Origin: a virus
Taxonomy: Duplodnaviria; Caudoviricetes
DNA length: 37,026 bases
Virus record (IMG/VR): IMGVR_UViG_3300031974_001192
Coordinates: 1-37,026 of that record
Reading direction: 5' to 3' (one strand)
The number at the start of each line of letters is the position of its first letter. Position 1 is the first letter of the stretch. The notes below the pieces were generated by a model. The model saw only the letters and a list, made by a program, of their open reading frames with translations, did not search any database and was not told the DNA's origin. The translations under genes were made by a program, and so were the position numbers. Below are positions 1-7,724 of this stretch, in pieces.

Positions 1-51
1 CAACTGCTCCACCCAATTCGGATTGAGCTTCGGTGACCCGTGGTTCTTCCC
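1..51 (+). repeat. Terminal direct repeat copy 1 (identical to 36976-37026), probable assembly overlap
   Basis: caactgctcc...tggttcttccc at both ends; two minus-strand ORFs read in frame across the join. Confidence 0.95.
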
Positions 52-793
52 ACTCGTACTGCTCTTCTCCGGGGCGGGCGGGCCAGCGTGTTTCTTCGCT
101 TCCTCCGCTAGTATCTTGCCCCCCGTTCCGGGCTTGCGACTGCCGGGGTTCCCGGCTCGCGGTGTGGGCCAATTGCTCAATTCCCCGTTTATCGCCATTG
201 CTGTTAAGTTTCTGCTTCTTTGCGTCTTCTTCTGCCCGTCCTTCTGTAAGCTGTACTTCTCTACTGTATGGGCTTCGGGTGTCGGGTAATTTCGCAAGGA
301 TGAAGCATCGGATGCGTTGGTGAGGCGCGCCTGTTTCCTCCGCCGAGAACAATCCCCACTCCGTTCGGTAACCATCTTCCTCCAAATCGGACAGGACTCG
401 CCATAGCCCCATCGTGGTGTGGCCTCGGACATTTTCAAAGAAGCACCAAACAGGTCTAATTGCCCGTACATGCTTTCGGATGTATGGCCATAAGTGCCTT
501 GGGTCGTCTTCTCCTTTTCGCTTCCCTGCGCTACTGAAGGGCTGACAGGGATATCCTCCAATGAGTCCGTGAATTTTTCCTCGAAAGATTCGTGCAGGGA
601 AGGTTTTAAGATCCGAGTAGATAGGCGCGTCATCCATTCGTCCTTCTTCAATCTTCGCAACCAGGTTTGCTTGGACGAAGGCTTCGATCTCCACATTACA
701 GACGACTCTAACATCCACGCCCGCTCTTCTAAGTCCAAGTTCAATCCCTCCGTATCCGGTACAAAAGCTGATAATGTTTTGGGTACTATCCAC
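1..793 (-). CDS. dcm: C5 DNA cytosine methyltransferase, alpha chain, 5' part (continues at 36975..36875; 297 aa in total)
   Basis: Manual translation from GTG 793: motif I SFCTGYGG, motif IV GGYPCQPFS, motif VI FFENV, motif VIII PHQRIR; no stop before the window edge; motif X LGNGVVP follows the junction. Confidence 0.93.
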   Translation of the reverse strand, partial: MDSTQNIISFCTGYGGIELGLRRAGVDVRVVCNVEIEAFVQANLVAKIEEGRMDDAPIYSDLKTFPARIFRGKIHGLIGGYPCQPFSSAGKRKGEDDPRHLWPYIRKHVRAIRPVWCFFENVRGHTTMGLWRVLSDLEEDGYRTEWGLFSAEETGAPHQRIRCFILAKLPDTRSPYSREVQLTEGRAEEDAKKQKLNSNGDKRGIEQLAHTASREPRQSQARNGGQDTSGGSEETRWPARPGEEQYEWEEPRVTEAQSELGGAV

Positions 794-795
794 AC
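1..795 (-). CDS. Overlapping alternative-frame ORF, putative MTase beta chain, 5' part (continues at 36975..36904; 288 aa in total)
   Basis: GTG 795 preceded by TAAGGAG; MWIVPKTLSAFVPDTEGLNLDL...YPTPEA...WPTPRAG...KLNPNWVEQL|MGLPIGWT; checked codon by codon, no stop. Confidence 0.75.
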   Translation of the reverse strand, partial: MWIVPKTLSAFVPDTEGLNLDLEERAWMLESSVMWRSKPSSKQTWLRRLKKDEWMTRLSTRILKPSLHESFEEKFTDSLEDIPVSPSVAQGSEKEKTTQGTYGHTSESMYGQLDLFGASLKMSEATPRWGYGESCPIWRKMVTERSGDCSRRRKQARLTNASDASSLRNYPTPEAHTVEKYSLQKDGQKKTQRSRNLTAMAINGELSNWPTPRAGNPGSRKPGTGGKILAEEAKKHAGPPAPEKSSTSGKNHGSPKLNPNWVEQL

Positions 796-1277
796 TTTAG
801 AAACTTCTCCTTATTGTTATAGTAATACTCCTTGAAAAAAGGATGCACATATAAGCCATTCTCCACGCGGTATCTCCAACTACTGCCGTGATGCTTTAAG
901 CAATACTCAATGAAATGTGTAGGAACTCCAGGTATAGCCTTTCTCAGCTTCTTCCGCTCCTCCTTCTCCGCAACGAGTTTGAGCCTCTGCTTCTCATCAT
1001 GATCAAAGAGTAAAGATTTCTCATTTATCACAGGTATCGCAACCAACTCCCCCTTAGTCTTACCAAAATCAATATACTTCATAATCCTCCGGCATTCCTT
1101 GAGGATCTTCTCAACCGCAAAGCGGACACATTCACAACTAACTCCAAACTCATGACCCATCTTGCGGTATGACATGTTATGAAAAAACCTCATCTCAAGA
1201 AGTCCGCGCTCACTATCAGGCAGTAACTCAAATAAGCACTTAACCAAATCTCTCTGTTCAACATTACCCACGAACAA
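786..1277 (-). CDS. Sigma70 region-4-like HTH protein (possible transcription regulator)
   Basis: LFELLPDSERGLLEMRFFHNMSYRKMGHEFGVSCECVR fits the sigma r4 pattern LP..ER.ll.lRf....s..eia..lgvS...VR. Confidence 0.7.
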   Translation of the reverse strand: MFVGNVEQRDLVKCLFELLPDSERGLLEMRFFHNMSYRKMGHEFGVSCECVRFAVEKILKECRRIMKYIDFGKTKGELVAIPVINEKSLLFDHDEKQRLKLVAEKEERKKLRKAIPGVPTHFIEYCLKHHGSSWRYRVENGLYVHPFFKEYYYNNKEKFLKCG

Positions 1278-1710
1278 TCTCCCACATATCCCTATCCAAA
1301 TGCCTCACCTGCACACTCTCTCCCAACTTCAAATACTTACCGGGCTTGCACTTAAACTTACCATGCGAACCATCCCCAAACTCAATTAACCTCAGAAACC
1401 TATTCTTAGGCACTCCATATACCCTAGCCTCCTGAATAATAGCATTCCCCGTACTCTGCCTTACCATCCCCTCAATAATACTTACCCTCTTCTCCTGGGC
1501 CTTGTCTATCATCTCATCGACTTCCGCCAACTCCTGCTCAACCACCAACTCGCCCTCCAACTCCTCCAACTTGGCAACCATCTTCTTGCTAAACCTCTTC
1601 AGACTGAACGCCATCCTCGCGGTACTAGGCTTAACCCCCATCATATCAGCAAATGCCTTCTTCGTAAGACCATGCATCTCCAATATCTTTCCCGCCCGTT
1701 CAGTATCCAT
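1264..1710 (-). CDS. Cro/XRE-like HTH protein with unknown C-terminal domain
   Basis: N-terminal GLTKKAFADMMGVKPSTA HTH; first gene of the leftward operon from the divergent region 1711-1770. Confidence 0.6.
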   Translation of the reverse strand: MDTERAGKILEMHGLTKKAFADMMGVKPSTARMAFSLKRFSKKMVAKLEELEGELVVEQELAEVDEMIDKAQEKRVSIIEGMVRQSTGNAIIQEARVYGVPKNRFLRLIEFGDGSHGKFKCKPGKYLKLGESVQVRHLDRDMWEIVRG

Positions 1711-1770
1711 GTGTCACCTTCTGTAGTTTATGCATTGACCTGTCAACCCTTTTGTGCAAAAAAATAAATC
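1711..1770. promoter_or_regulatory. Divergent promoter/operator region
   Basis: Lies between divergent starts 1710(-) and 1771(+); contains the palindrome TTGACctGTCAA (1735-1746) and TGTAG at 1722. Confidence 0.55.
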
Positions 1771-2289
1771 ATGGGTAATAAAGCCACCGTGAAAGCGCTC
1801 CGTAAGGACCTAAAAAACGATATCATCGATTCAGCCGCAAAAATAGCCATGAAGAAAGCAAATGCAGCTTCCGAAACCCGCAAACTCCAGGCTAAGGCAA
1901 ACGACCCCACAAAAAAACAAAAGGATATACAGGACTATACACGCCACTTCCTGCGCTACCGCCTGGAGATGACCGAGCAGGAATATCTAAACGCAGTATC
2001 CAACAAACTATCCGCCATAGTCGGAGATAACCTCAACCTGATCCACGAAAAACTCGATCAGATACCTCCACAAAACCTCGCCTATACCCTCTCAGTCCTC
2101 TTCGACAAACTTATGACCATTAACGGCAGACCCACAAACATCACCGCTTCTGCCAATGTCAAACTAGGTGCCTCCGATATGACCCCGGATAAGGTACGAT
2201 CAATCCTCAAGGGTGCCAAGAAGGCCACAGATTCCCTCCCCAAGGAAGCCTCCGAGGATAAGGTCATCGAAGTAACTGATGAAGCGTAA
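1771..2289 (+). CDS. Hypothetical helical protein, possible terminase small subunit
   Basis: Helical core followed by FDKLMTINGRPTNIT and a C-terminal 'VIEV' tail resembles TerS-like proteins; no other TerS candidate seen. Confidence 0.4.
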   Translation: MGNKATVKALRKDLKNDIIDSAAKIAMKKANAASETRKLQAKANDPTKKQKDIQDYTRHFLRYRLEMTEQEYLNAVSNKLSAIVGDNLNLIHEKLDQIPPQNLAYTLSVLFDKLMTINGRPTNITASANVKLGASDMTPDKVRSILKGAKKATDSLPKEASEDKVIEVTDEA

Positions 2290-2698
2290 AGGCTCCCTCT
2301 ACGAACAAACATTCTTCACGGAAGCCCTATCCCGTAACCTCGAAGTATTTACCCCCCTGGGCGATTACCTACCTCAGGACTGCCTAGTCATGAACCAAGC
2401 GGGCAAAGTATTCAAAGTACAAATCAAAGGCACTAAGGATAAAGTATTCGATAAAGCAAATGGTGGACAAGGCAGATATATGGTCACCACCGCATCAGGT
2501 ACTACCAAGAAAATGACCATAGATTGCACGAAAGTCGATATACTCGCCGCTTATGTCGAAGCTATACCCACTTGGTACATAATACCATGCCTCGAAATAA
2601 ACCAGGCCCTGCGCATATCCCTCTACGCTCATAACCCACTCTCCAAAGCAAAGCACGAAAAATACCGCGAGGCATGGGATCTCTTTAAAACCCCGTAG
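2279..2698 (+). CDS. PD-(D/E)XK endonuclease (I-Ssp6803I-like / PDDEXK_5 type)
   Basis: G..YE, VFTPLGDYLPQDCLV, KVQIK, VDILAAY, WYIIP motifs. Confidence 0.8.
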   Translation: MKRKGSLYEQTFFTEALSRNLEVFTPLGDYLPQDCLVMNQAGKVFKVQIKGTKDKVFDKANGGQGRYMVTTASGTTKKMTIDCTKVDILAAYVEAIPTWYIIPCLEINQALRISLYAHNPLSKAKHEKYREAWDLFKTP

Positions 2699-2714
2699 AC
2701 TACATACGAGTACC

Positions 2715-2780
2715 GCAGGGGGCGCGAATGGTGGGGAAACCGTATGGCAGGAGGCGCGAGTTGCGGGGAAACCGTATGGC
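2715..2780 (+). repeat. Two imperfect tandem 32-bp repeats (core GGGGAAACCGTATGGC at 2733-2748 and 2765-2780)
   Basis: Direct reading. Confidence 0.85.
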
Positions 2781-3333
2781 GAAAAAATTATGCGGGGTGG
2801 TGATGATAATACAGAATTAGCGCGGACGCGGCGTGACCCCCCTCCCCCCCTTGTGGCGTGGCTCGCGTTGACGCGCGTTAGCTCGAAAGCAATTGATTCT
2901 AAGTCAACTGCTACATGATAGCGTTGACTATCAGCACTTTACGCAATTGCACGCCAAGATCGACACAAGAAATACTAGTATTTGAGCGGATTCGTGCGGA
3001 TTTATGGCTTGGATATCCGCTGATATTCCGCATTGCGTGCGTTGCTTTACAACTTGCTTTACACGAGTATAGCAGATTTGTGGTAGGGTGATGAAATGCA
3101 TTGGTTTTGCATTACCTCTGCGTTGGTTCCGCATTCATTCCGCATTCTCCTTTCTGCATTACATTCTGTCGTTTTGCGTCAATCGCTTTTCCCTCGATTT
3201 GCGTCAATCATGGGCATCATGTATTAGCTCTAAGCGCTGATCCTATGATCATGAAATGATCCGCTGATCCGCGTAATAGGGGGGCGTGCATATATAGTAT
3301 TAAAGGTATGAAACACATTTTTGTTTTATTTGC

Positions 3334-3362
3334 TTGCATCGTAGTAATGTGTAGTTTATAGA
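3334..3362 (+). promoter_or_regulatory. Putative sigma70-type early promoter TTGCAT-N17-TATAGA with two phased (C/T)GTAG boxes in the spacer
   Basis: 17-bp spacing, AT-rich upstream tract, precedes the rightward small-ORF cluster. Confidence 0.55.
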
Positions 3363-3407
3363 GGGAAGTATATTCGCAATTAAGCGGATATAGAAAGAAA
3401 GAAAACT

Positions 3408-3611
3408 ATGAAACTATTACCATTAAATGAAATCACTCAAAAAGCTTTATCCATGAGTAATGAGGACTTAAAGCAAATGATAAACGATCAAGAAGACTCG
3501 AATCTTTGGATTTATTCAACACTAGCCAAGCGATTCATGCATCTGATCAACAAAGGTATTCAAGAGGAATGGCTTGAATTAAATGGAGAGTATGTTCGCG
3601 TCTCATTCTAA
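3408..3611 (+). CDS. Hypothetical early protein
   Basis: ORF with A/G-rich leader. Confidence 0.7.
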   Translation: MKLLPLNEITQKALSMSNEDLKQMINDQEDSNLWIYSTLAKRFMHLINKGIQEEWLELNGEYVRVSF

Positions 3612-3632
3612 CACAAGGAGACATCACAAGAC

Positions 3633-3728
3633 ATGGAAGCACATTACATTATTTCACTAATCATCCTTGCGCCTTGGTTCATGGTAGGCGCTTGGGAACT
3701 ATTACAAACAATAAAAGAAAGGAATTAA
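3633..3728 (+). CDS. Small membrane peptide (MEAHYIISLIILAPWFMVGAWELLQTIKERN)
   Basis: Not in ORF track; AAGGAG upstream; fills the gap between neighbours; hydrophobic helix. Confidence 0.55.
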   Translation: MEAHYIISLIILAPWFMVGAWELLQTIKERN

Positions 3729-3732
3729 GACT

Positions 3733-3963
3733 ATGCAACTCGATACATCAAAAGATTACTTTCTTTGCAATTTTCGTGGTGCCGGAATTGTGGAGATTCA
3801 CACAAAAGAAACCTTATTGGAAAACTACATAGAACCCGATGAGAAATCATTCATGCATGAATCGAAACCTATCTCGATCAAGGAATTATTAGATAGAAAT
3901 CTTATCGTTAACACACTTAAGGTTTCAGAAAATGGCGAAGTAACAATCAGACGGATTTGGTAA
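3733..3963 (+). CDS. Hypothetical early protein
   Basis: ORF with AAAGGA leader. Confidence 0.7.
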   Translation: MQLDTSKDYFLCNFRGAGIVEIHTKETLLENYIEPDEKSFMHESKPISIKELLDRNLIVNTLKVSENGEVTIRRIW

Positions 3964-3976
3964 AGGAGAAACTAGC

Positions 3977-4171
3977 ATGAAACACGCCAAAAACCTATTC
4001 GCGGAAGCGGTCAGTCAACTGATCGAGATGGGAGAGAAAGCACGCAAGGAACGCGAAGCACGGGAACGCAAGGCGGCTGATCGTGAAACGATCCGCGTTA
4101 AGCGTAAGGAGAAACGCGCACATGTGAGGCTTACGGAGCGCGAGAAAGTCCAATTAACATTTAACCTATAA
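3977..4171 (+). CDS. Hypothetical basic coiled-coil protein
   Basis: AAAGGAG RBS; R/K/E-rich. Confidence 0.7.
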   Translation: MKHAKNLFAEAVSQLIEMGEKARKEREARERKAADRETIRVKRKEKRAHVRLTEREKVQLTFNL

Positions 4172-4194
4172 AACAAAAGAGAAAGAAAAATACT

Positions 4195-4371
4195 ATGAAG
4201 GATGAAATTGAGCAAATAATAGCAGATAGCGATGGATTGAGCCATTTAAGTGATGGCGAGATGATACAAACATGCGAAACACTCGCAGAGGTTTTTTCAA
4301 ACGCTAGTGTTCGAGAAATTGAGAACCTTATCGCATTACTTAATCAAGCAAAAGAGAAAGCGGAGTTTTAA
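4195..4371 (+). CDS. Hypothetical 58-aa acidic protein (MKDEIEQIIADSDGLSHL...)
   Basis: Not in ORF track; AGAAAG...ACTATG leader; tiles with neighbours. Confidence 0.6.
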   Translation: MKDEIEQIIADSDGLSHLSDGEMIQTCETLAEVFSNASVREIENLIALLNQAKEKAEF

Positions 4372-4375
4372 AGAT

Positions 4376-4531
4376 ATGAGCAACGAATATATTAAGAAAT
4401 TATTGGTAGAGTTATTCAATGAATACCAAGACAAACCGTGCGCTGAACTACTTCTAGAAATAAAATATTACAGTAGTTTCTTACAAACTAAAGCACAACC
4501 TAAGCCGCTACCTTATTGGTACGGAATTTGA
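4376..4531 (+). CDS. Hypothetical protein (start revised to MSNEY)
   Basis: GGAG upstream; follows the 4371 stop. Confidence 0.55.
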   Translation: MSNEYIKKLLVELFNEYQDKPCAELLLEIKYYSSFLQTKAQPKPLPYWYGI

Positions 4532-4548
4532 ACGAAAGGAGAAAAGCG

Positions 4549-4836
4549 ATGAACCTAACAAAAGAGAAACACGCCTTCACGCCAGGACCTTGGTACACAT
4601 ACCAATCGCACAAAGATGTAAATCGACACATTGCGTGCAAAGACGGCAATTCAATTGCTAAAGAAGTGCATCACGCCAACGCGCGATTGATCGCCGCGGC
4701 TCCGGAGATGTATGAGATGTGCAAGCTATTCGAGGAATGTATGGAAACAATAGATGGCAAGGATGGATATGACGCTAGCTATGAACTTGCAAAGGTGCGC
4801 GAGGTCCTCGCCAAAGTAGAGGGGGGTGAGGGATGA
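4549..4836 (+). CDS. Conserved phage hypothetical protein of the 'TPGPW...ANARLIAAAP' type
   Basis: FTPGPW and ANARLIAAAPEMYE motifs; AAAGGAG RBS. Confidence 0.8.
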   Translation: MNLTKEKHAFTPGPWYTYQSHKDVNRHIACKDGNSIAKEVHHANARLIAAAPEMYEMCKLFEECMETIDGKDGYDASYELAKVREVLAKVEGGEG

Positions 4837-5039
4837 GGTTGTACTATGTAAAATATATTTCACATGAAGGCCATAACACAGAAGCGTTTTTTGGATCAAA
4901 GAAAGATGCAAGGAAATGGATAAGAGAAAATAAAGATGATTATGATTATGTAGATGACGAGCCAATCCCATGCTTCCTGAAGTCTACAAAGAAAAACGAT
5001 ATTATCGCTTGGGTAAATCATTACACAAGCAAACCATGA
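4833..5039 (+). CDS. Hypothetical protein
   Basis: ATGA overlap with the upstream gene. Confidence 0.65.
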   Translation: MRLYYVKYISHEGHNTEAFFGSKKDARKWIRENKDDYDYVDDEPIPCFLKSTKKNDIIAWVNHYTSKP

Positions 5040-5164
5040 CTAAGCCAAACGAGTCCGACACAATTGCGCGCCTGTGCTTGGGCCTCCTCGTCTTTTTGGC
5101 GATGAGGTTCGCGCCTAGGGTGATTGAAGCTTGGCAAAAGAGAAAGACAAAACAAATCAATTAA
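5036..5164 (+). CDS. Small single-TM protein (MTKPNESDTIARLCLGLLVFLAMRF...)
   Basis: ATGA coupling; hydrophobic segment and basic tail. Confidence 0.55.
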   Translation: MTKPNESDTIARLCLGLLVFLAMRFAPRVIEAWQKRKTKQIN

Positions 5165-5175
5165 AAATAAATACT

Positions 5176-5382
5176 ATGAAAATAAAAGAAATAAGAATAT
5201 CATTATTAGATTTAAAACAACAAATACAACTACTCAAAGATTCCGAATTAATCCCGTTGTCTCATGAGGGCGCTAATTGTCAATGTGACGAGGAAATGTT
5301 GCATCCACAAGACATTTTAGATTACGCCATTCACTTAATTGATGAAGTATCGAAATACCAAAAAGGAAGAGTGAACTATTAA
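5176..5382 (+). CDS. Hypothetical protein (start revised to MKIKE)
   Basis: ACTATG start context shared with neighbours. Confidence 0.6.
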   Translation: MKIKEIRISLLDLKQQIQLLKDSELIPLSHEGANCQCDEEMLHPQDILDYAIHLIDEVSKYQKGRVNY

Positions 5383-5407
5383 CAATAAAACCTTGGCATA
5401 AATTGAA

Positions 5408-5818
5408 ATGAAAGAAATAACTATTAACGAAGCAATTGAAGAACTTGCACGCGATCCAAGAGAGATTGAAACTTATTTTGTTAGTTGGAGAAAAGTTCAA
5501 GCGAATGGAGTTATCTCAAGAAAAGATACATGGGAAACAAAAGCAAAAAGTTTTCATATTGCTTTTGATACTTGGCAATATGACTGCCATGAATATGTGT
5601 GTGCAAAGCTAAGAAGCGAATCAGACCAAAGGTTCGAAGTTTATAAGATCAAACGCTTTGACAAAAATAATAACCTGACGGGCGTTAGAAGATATGATCG
5701 CTTCGGTTGTATTACAGAAAGTTGGAATATTGACCCCACAAAATCGCCATCACCCTCATTGAGGAAGCAGATTGCTGAATCAAAAAAACGCAGGCAAAAG
5801 AGAAAGACGATGAAATGA
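5408..5818 (+). CDS. Hypothetical protein
   Basis: 136-aa ORF within the operon. Confidence 0.7.
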   Translation: MKEITINEAIEELARDPREIETYFVSWRKVQANGVISRKDTWETKAKSFHIAFDTWQYDCHEYVCAKLRSESDQRFEVYKIKRFDKNNNLTGVRRYDRFGCITESWNIDPTKSPSPSLRKQIAESKKRRQKRKTMK

Positions 5819-6084
5819 GAAATGCGATGAGTGAAGAAGAGAAGCCAATTTTACCAAAGAGATCAACTAATCCATCAGTAAACACTCGAAACCGCAGAAA
5901 ATATTATATCGAGTTACGAGATTATTATTCTAAGGTTTACGATAATGCTAAATCCGATTCCGAAAAAGCTAAAGCTCTAGAATATTTGAATGCAACTCAA
6001 GCCAAACTTGATACGCTTATCTCAAACATAATCGGAAGAATGCCTAAAAAGAAACCTTTGGTATTGAAAGGAGGAATGCGATGA
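5815..6084 (+). CDS. Hypothetical protein
   Basis: ATGA coupling. Confidence 0.65.
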   Translation: MRNAMSEEEKPILPKRSTNPSVNTRNRRKYYIELRDYYSKVYDNAKSDSEKAKALEYLNATQAKLDTLISNIIGRMPKKKPLVLKGGMR

Positions 6085-6335
6085 AGTTCTTGATCAGAAA
6101 CCATAAGGACCGCACATCGAGGTACGATAATCAGTATCACGGCGCATACACTCGGATATTCAACATCCTCAAGAAAGGTTCACTTGGTTTCGTTGAGGAG
6201 TTTTGGGAAGAATCTTTTACCAAGATCGATGGCACGCAGGATTGGATATTGGAAGTTGGTGGAGGTTCTCCTGATGCACACAAGTTGGAAGAAATTTTAA
6301 ATATTAAGAATGTCGAAGAATATAAGGAGAAATAA
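6081..6335 (+). CDS. Hypothetical protein
   Basis: GGAGG RBS; ATGA coupling. Confidence 0.7.
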   Translation: MKFLIRNHKDRTSRYDNQYHGAYTRIFNILKKGSLGFVEEFWEESFTKIDGTQDWILEVGGGSPDAHKLEEILNIKNVEEYKEK

Positions 6336-6358
6336 CTCTTTAACCCCGTACCCCGTCA

Positions 6359-6418
6359 AAAAAGCGTTTTGTTTCGCAATATGAGTATTTACCCTCGTGA
6401 GCGATCAAAACGCTTTTT
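6359..6418. terminator. Long imperfect hairpin, probable bidirectional terminator between convergent operons
   Basis: AAAAAGCGTTTTG (6359-6371) pairs with CAAAACGCTTTTT (6406-6418); further internal pairing. Confidence 0.7.
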
Positions 6419-6464
6419 AGGCTACTTCAGGAGCAAAATAGAGCTATCTGTGTCCATCTGTAGT

Positions 6465-7724
6465 CTACCAAGTCTTTGATTCTTCTTTTTGGCCTAGAGA
6501 TGTTGTCCAATTGCCCGTACTCTTCTCAAAACCAAGCGTGACCATGAGATCCGTCTCTCCTCCGCGGTTTTTGGCGATATGGCAATTGATGCGGTCCTTG
6601 GTCTCATCCACCTTGTCATCCACGGATAGGAGAAACACGCAATCGGCATCCTGCTCGATACTCCCGGAGTCTCTCAGATCGGAGAGCATGGGCTTTCTGT
6701 TATTGATCTCGCATTGTCTTGATAATTGAGAAAGGGCAAGCACGGGAATCTGTAGCTCCATACTGATCTGCTTGAGGCTACGAGAAATAGCGGTGATCTC
6801 CTGCACGCGGGATTCGTATCCAGGAGCGGAGACCAATTGCAAATAATCAATCACCGCCAACCCCACATCTCCTTTCACTCGCTCCTGGGCGAGAAAGGCG
6901 CGGATCGAGTCTAGCGTGGCCTTGTTGTCATCCTTGAAAGTGATAGGCCATCCCTGCATTCTCTTTGTGGCATCTTCGAGCTTCTTGCGATGGGCGGGGA
7001 GAAGATCCCCTTTCATGCGTGGACGGGCAACCCCGCTCTCGCGGGAGAGTAACCGTCCCGCACATTCCGAGGCACTCATCTCCAGGGATGCGTAGCTTGC
7101 ACGGTATCCCCTCTTCGCAATCTCATGAGAGAAATGCAATGCGAGTCCTGACTTCCCCACTCCAGGTCTCGCGGCTAGGACATAAAGCTTACCCGGTTGG
7201 AATCCTCCGCTCAGACAAAAATCCAATCGTTTGAATCCTGTGCTTACTGCGGATGATTCTCCCGCATCGATGGAAAGAAACTCAGAATGTGCTTCCTTGG
7301 TGGCGGGTCCCACTTTTACCTGTCCCTTGCCTGATGCTAATGCTTTGGCTACCCTGAGGTTAAACTCCGAGGCAATCTCATCTGATTGTTTATTCTGTTT
7401 GAGCATATCCGAGGATACCATGATTGCCCGTTCCACCTCGCGTCTGTTCCTCGACTCCACCAATTGATCCACATATCTCTCCACCTGTCCTCCGCCATAC
7501 TTCTCTGCGAGTTCAAGAGCTTCCGAGGAATACTCAGGTAGCTCAATTGCCACATCCACCTCGTTTAACTCGGATCGCTCTGCGATCAAACGGAATATCG
7601 CTTGGTGCGCGGGCGAGGAGAAGTCATTCTCCGTTAAGCGCTCAACTGCGGTGGCGGTGGAGAGATTTGTGTCATCCCGGAGACATGCGGCTAGGACCGC
7701 TTGTTCTGATACCAAGAAATCCAT
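6465..7724 (-). CDS. dnaB: Replicative DnaB-like helicase
   Basis: SEQAVLAA N-domain; Walker A AARPGVGKS; SLEM; IDYLQL; LSQLSR; DLRDSGSIEQDAD; AKNRGG. Confidence 0.97.
   Translation of the reverse strand: MDFLVSEQAVLAACLRDDTNLSTATAVERLTENDFSSPAHQAIFRLIAERSELNEVDVAIELPEYSSEALELAEKYGGGQVERYVDQLVESRNRREVERAIMVSSDMLKQNKQSDEIASEFNLRVAKALASGKGQVKVGPATKEAHSEFLSIDAGESSAVSTGFKRLDFCLSGGFQPGKLYVLAARPGVGKSGLALHFSHEIAKRGYRASYASLEMSASECAGRLLSRESGVARPRMKGDLLPAHRKKLEDATKRMQGWPITFKDDNKATLDSIRAFLAQERVKGDVGLAVIDYLQLVSAPGYESRVQEITAISRSLKQISMELQIPVLALSQLSRQCEINNRKPMLSDLRDSGSIEQDADCVFLLSVDDKVDETKDRINCHIAKNRGGETDLMVTLGFEKSTGNWTTSLGQKEESKTW

Noticed and set aside
1-51. Biological direct terminal repeat
   Set aside because: It falls inside coding sequence and has a k-mer-like length; an assembly overlap is more likely.
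23-835. Plus-strand ORFs 23-289, 33-323 and 494-835
   Set aside because: Antisense shadows of the dual-coded MTase locus, with no motifs.
2279-2698. Group I intron hosting the I-Ssp6803I-like nuclease
   Set aside because: No interrupted gene or recognisable intron core; the ORF overlaps the upstream gene like a normal operon member.
2715-2780. Mini CRISPR array
   Set aside because: Only two units, the intervening sequences resemble each other (tandem duplication), and there are no cas genes.
2931-3134. 67-aa minus-strand ORF
   Set aside because: Lies in the repeat-rich non-coding region with no RBS or motif.
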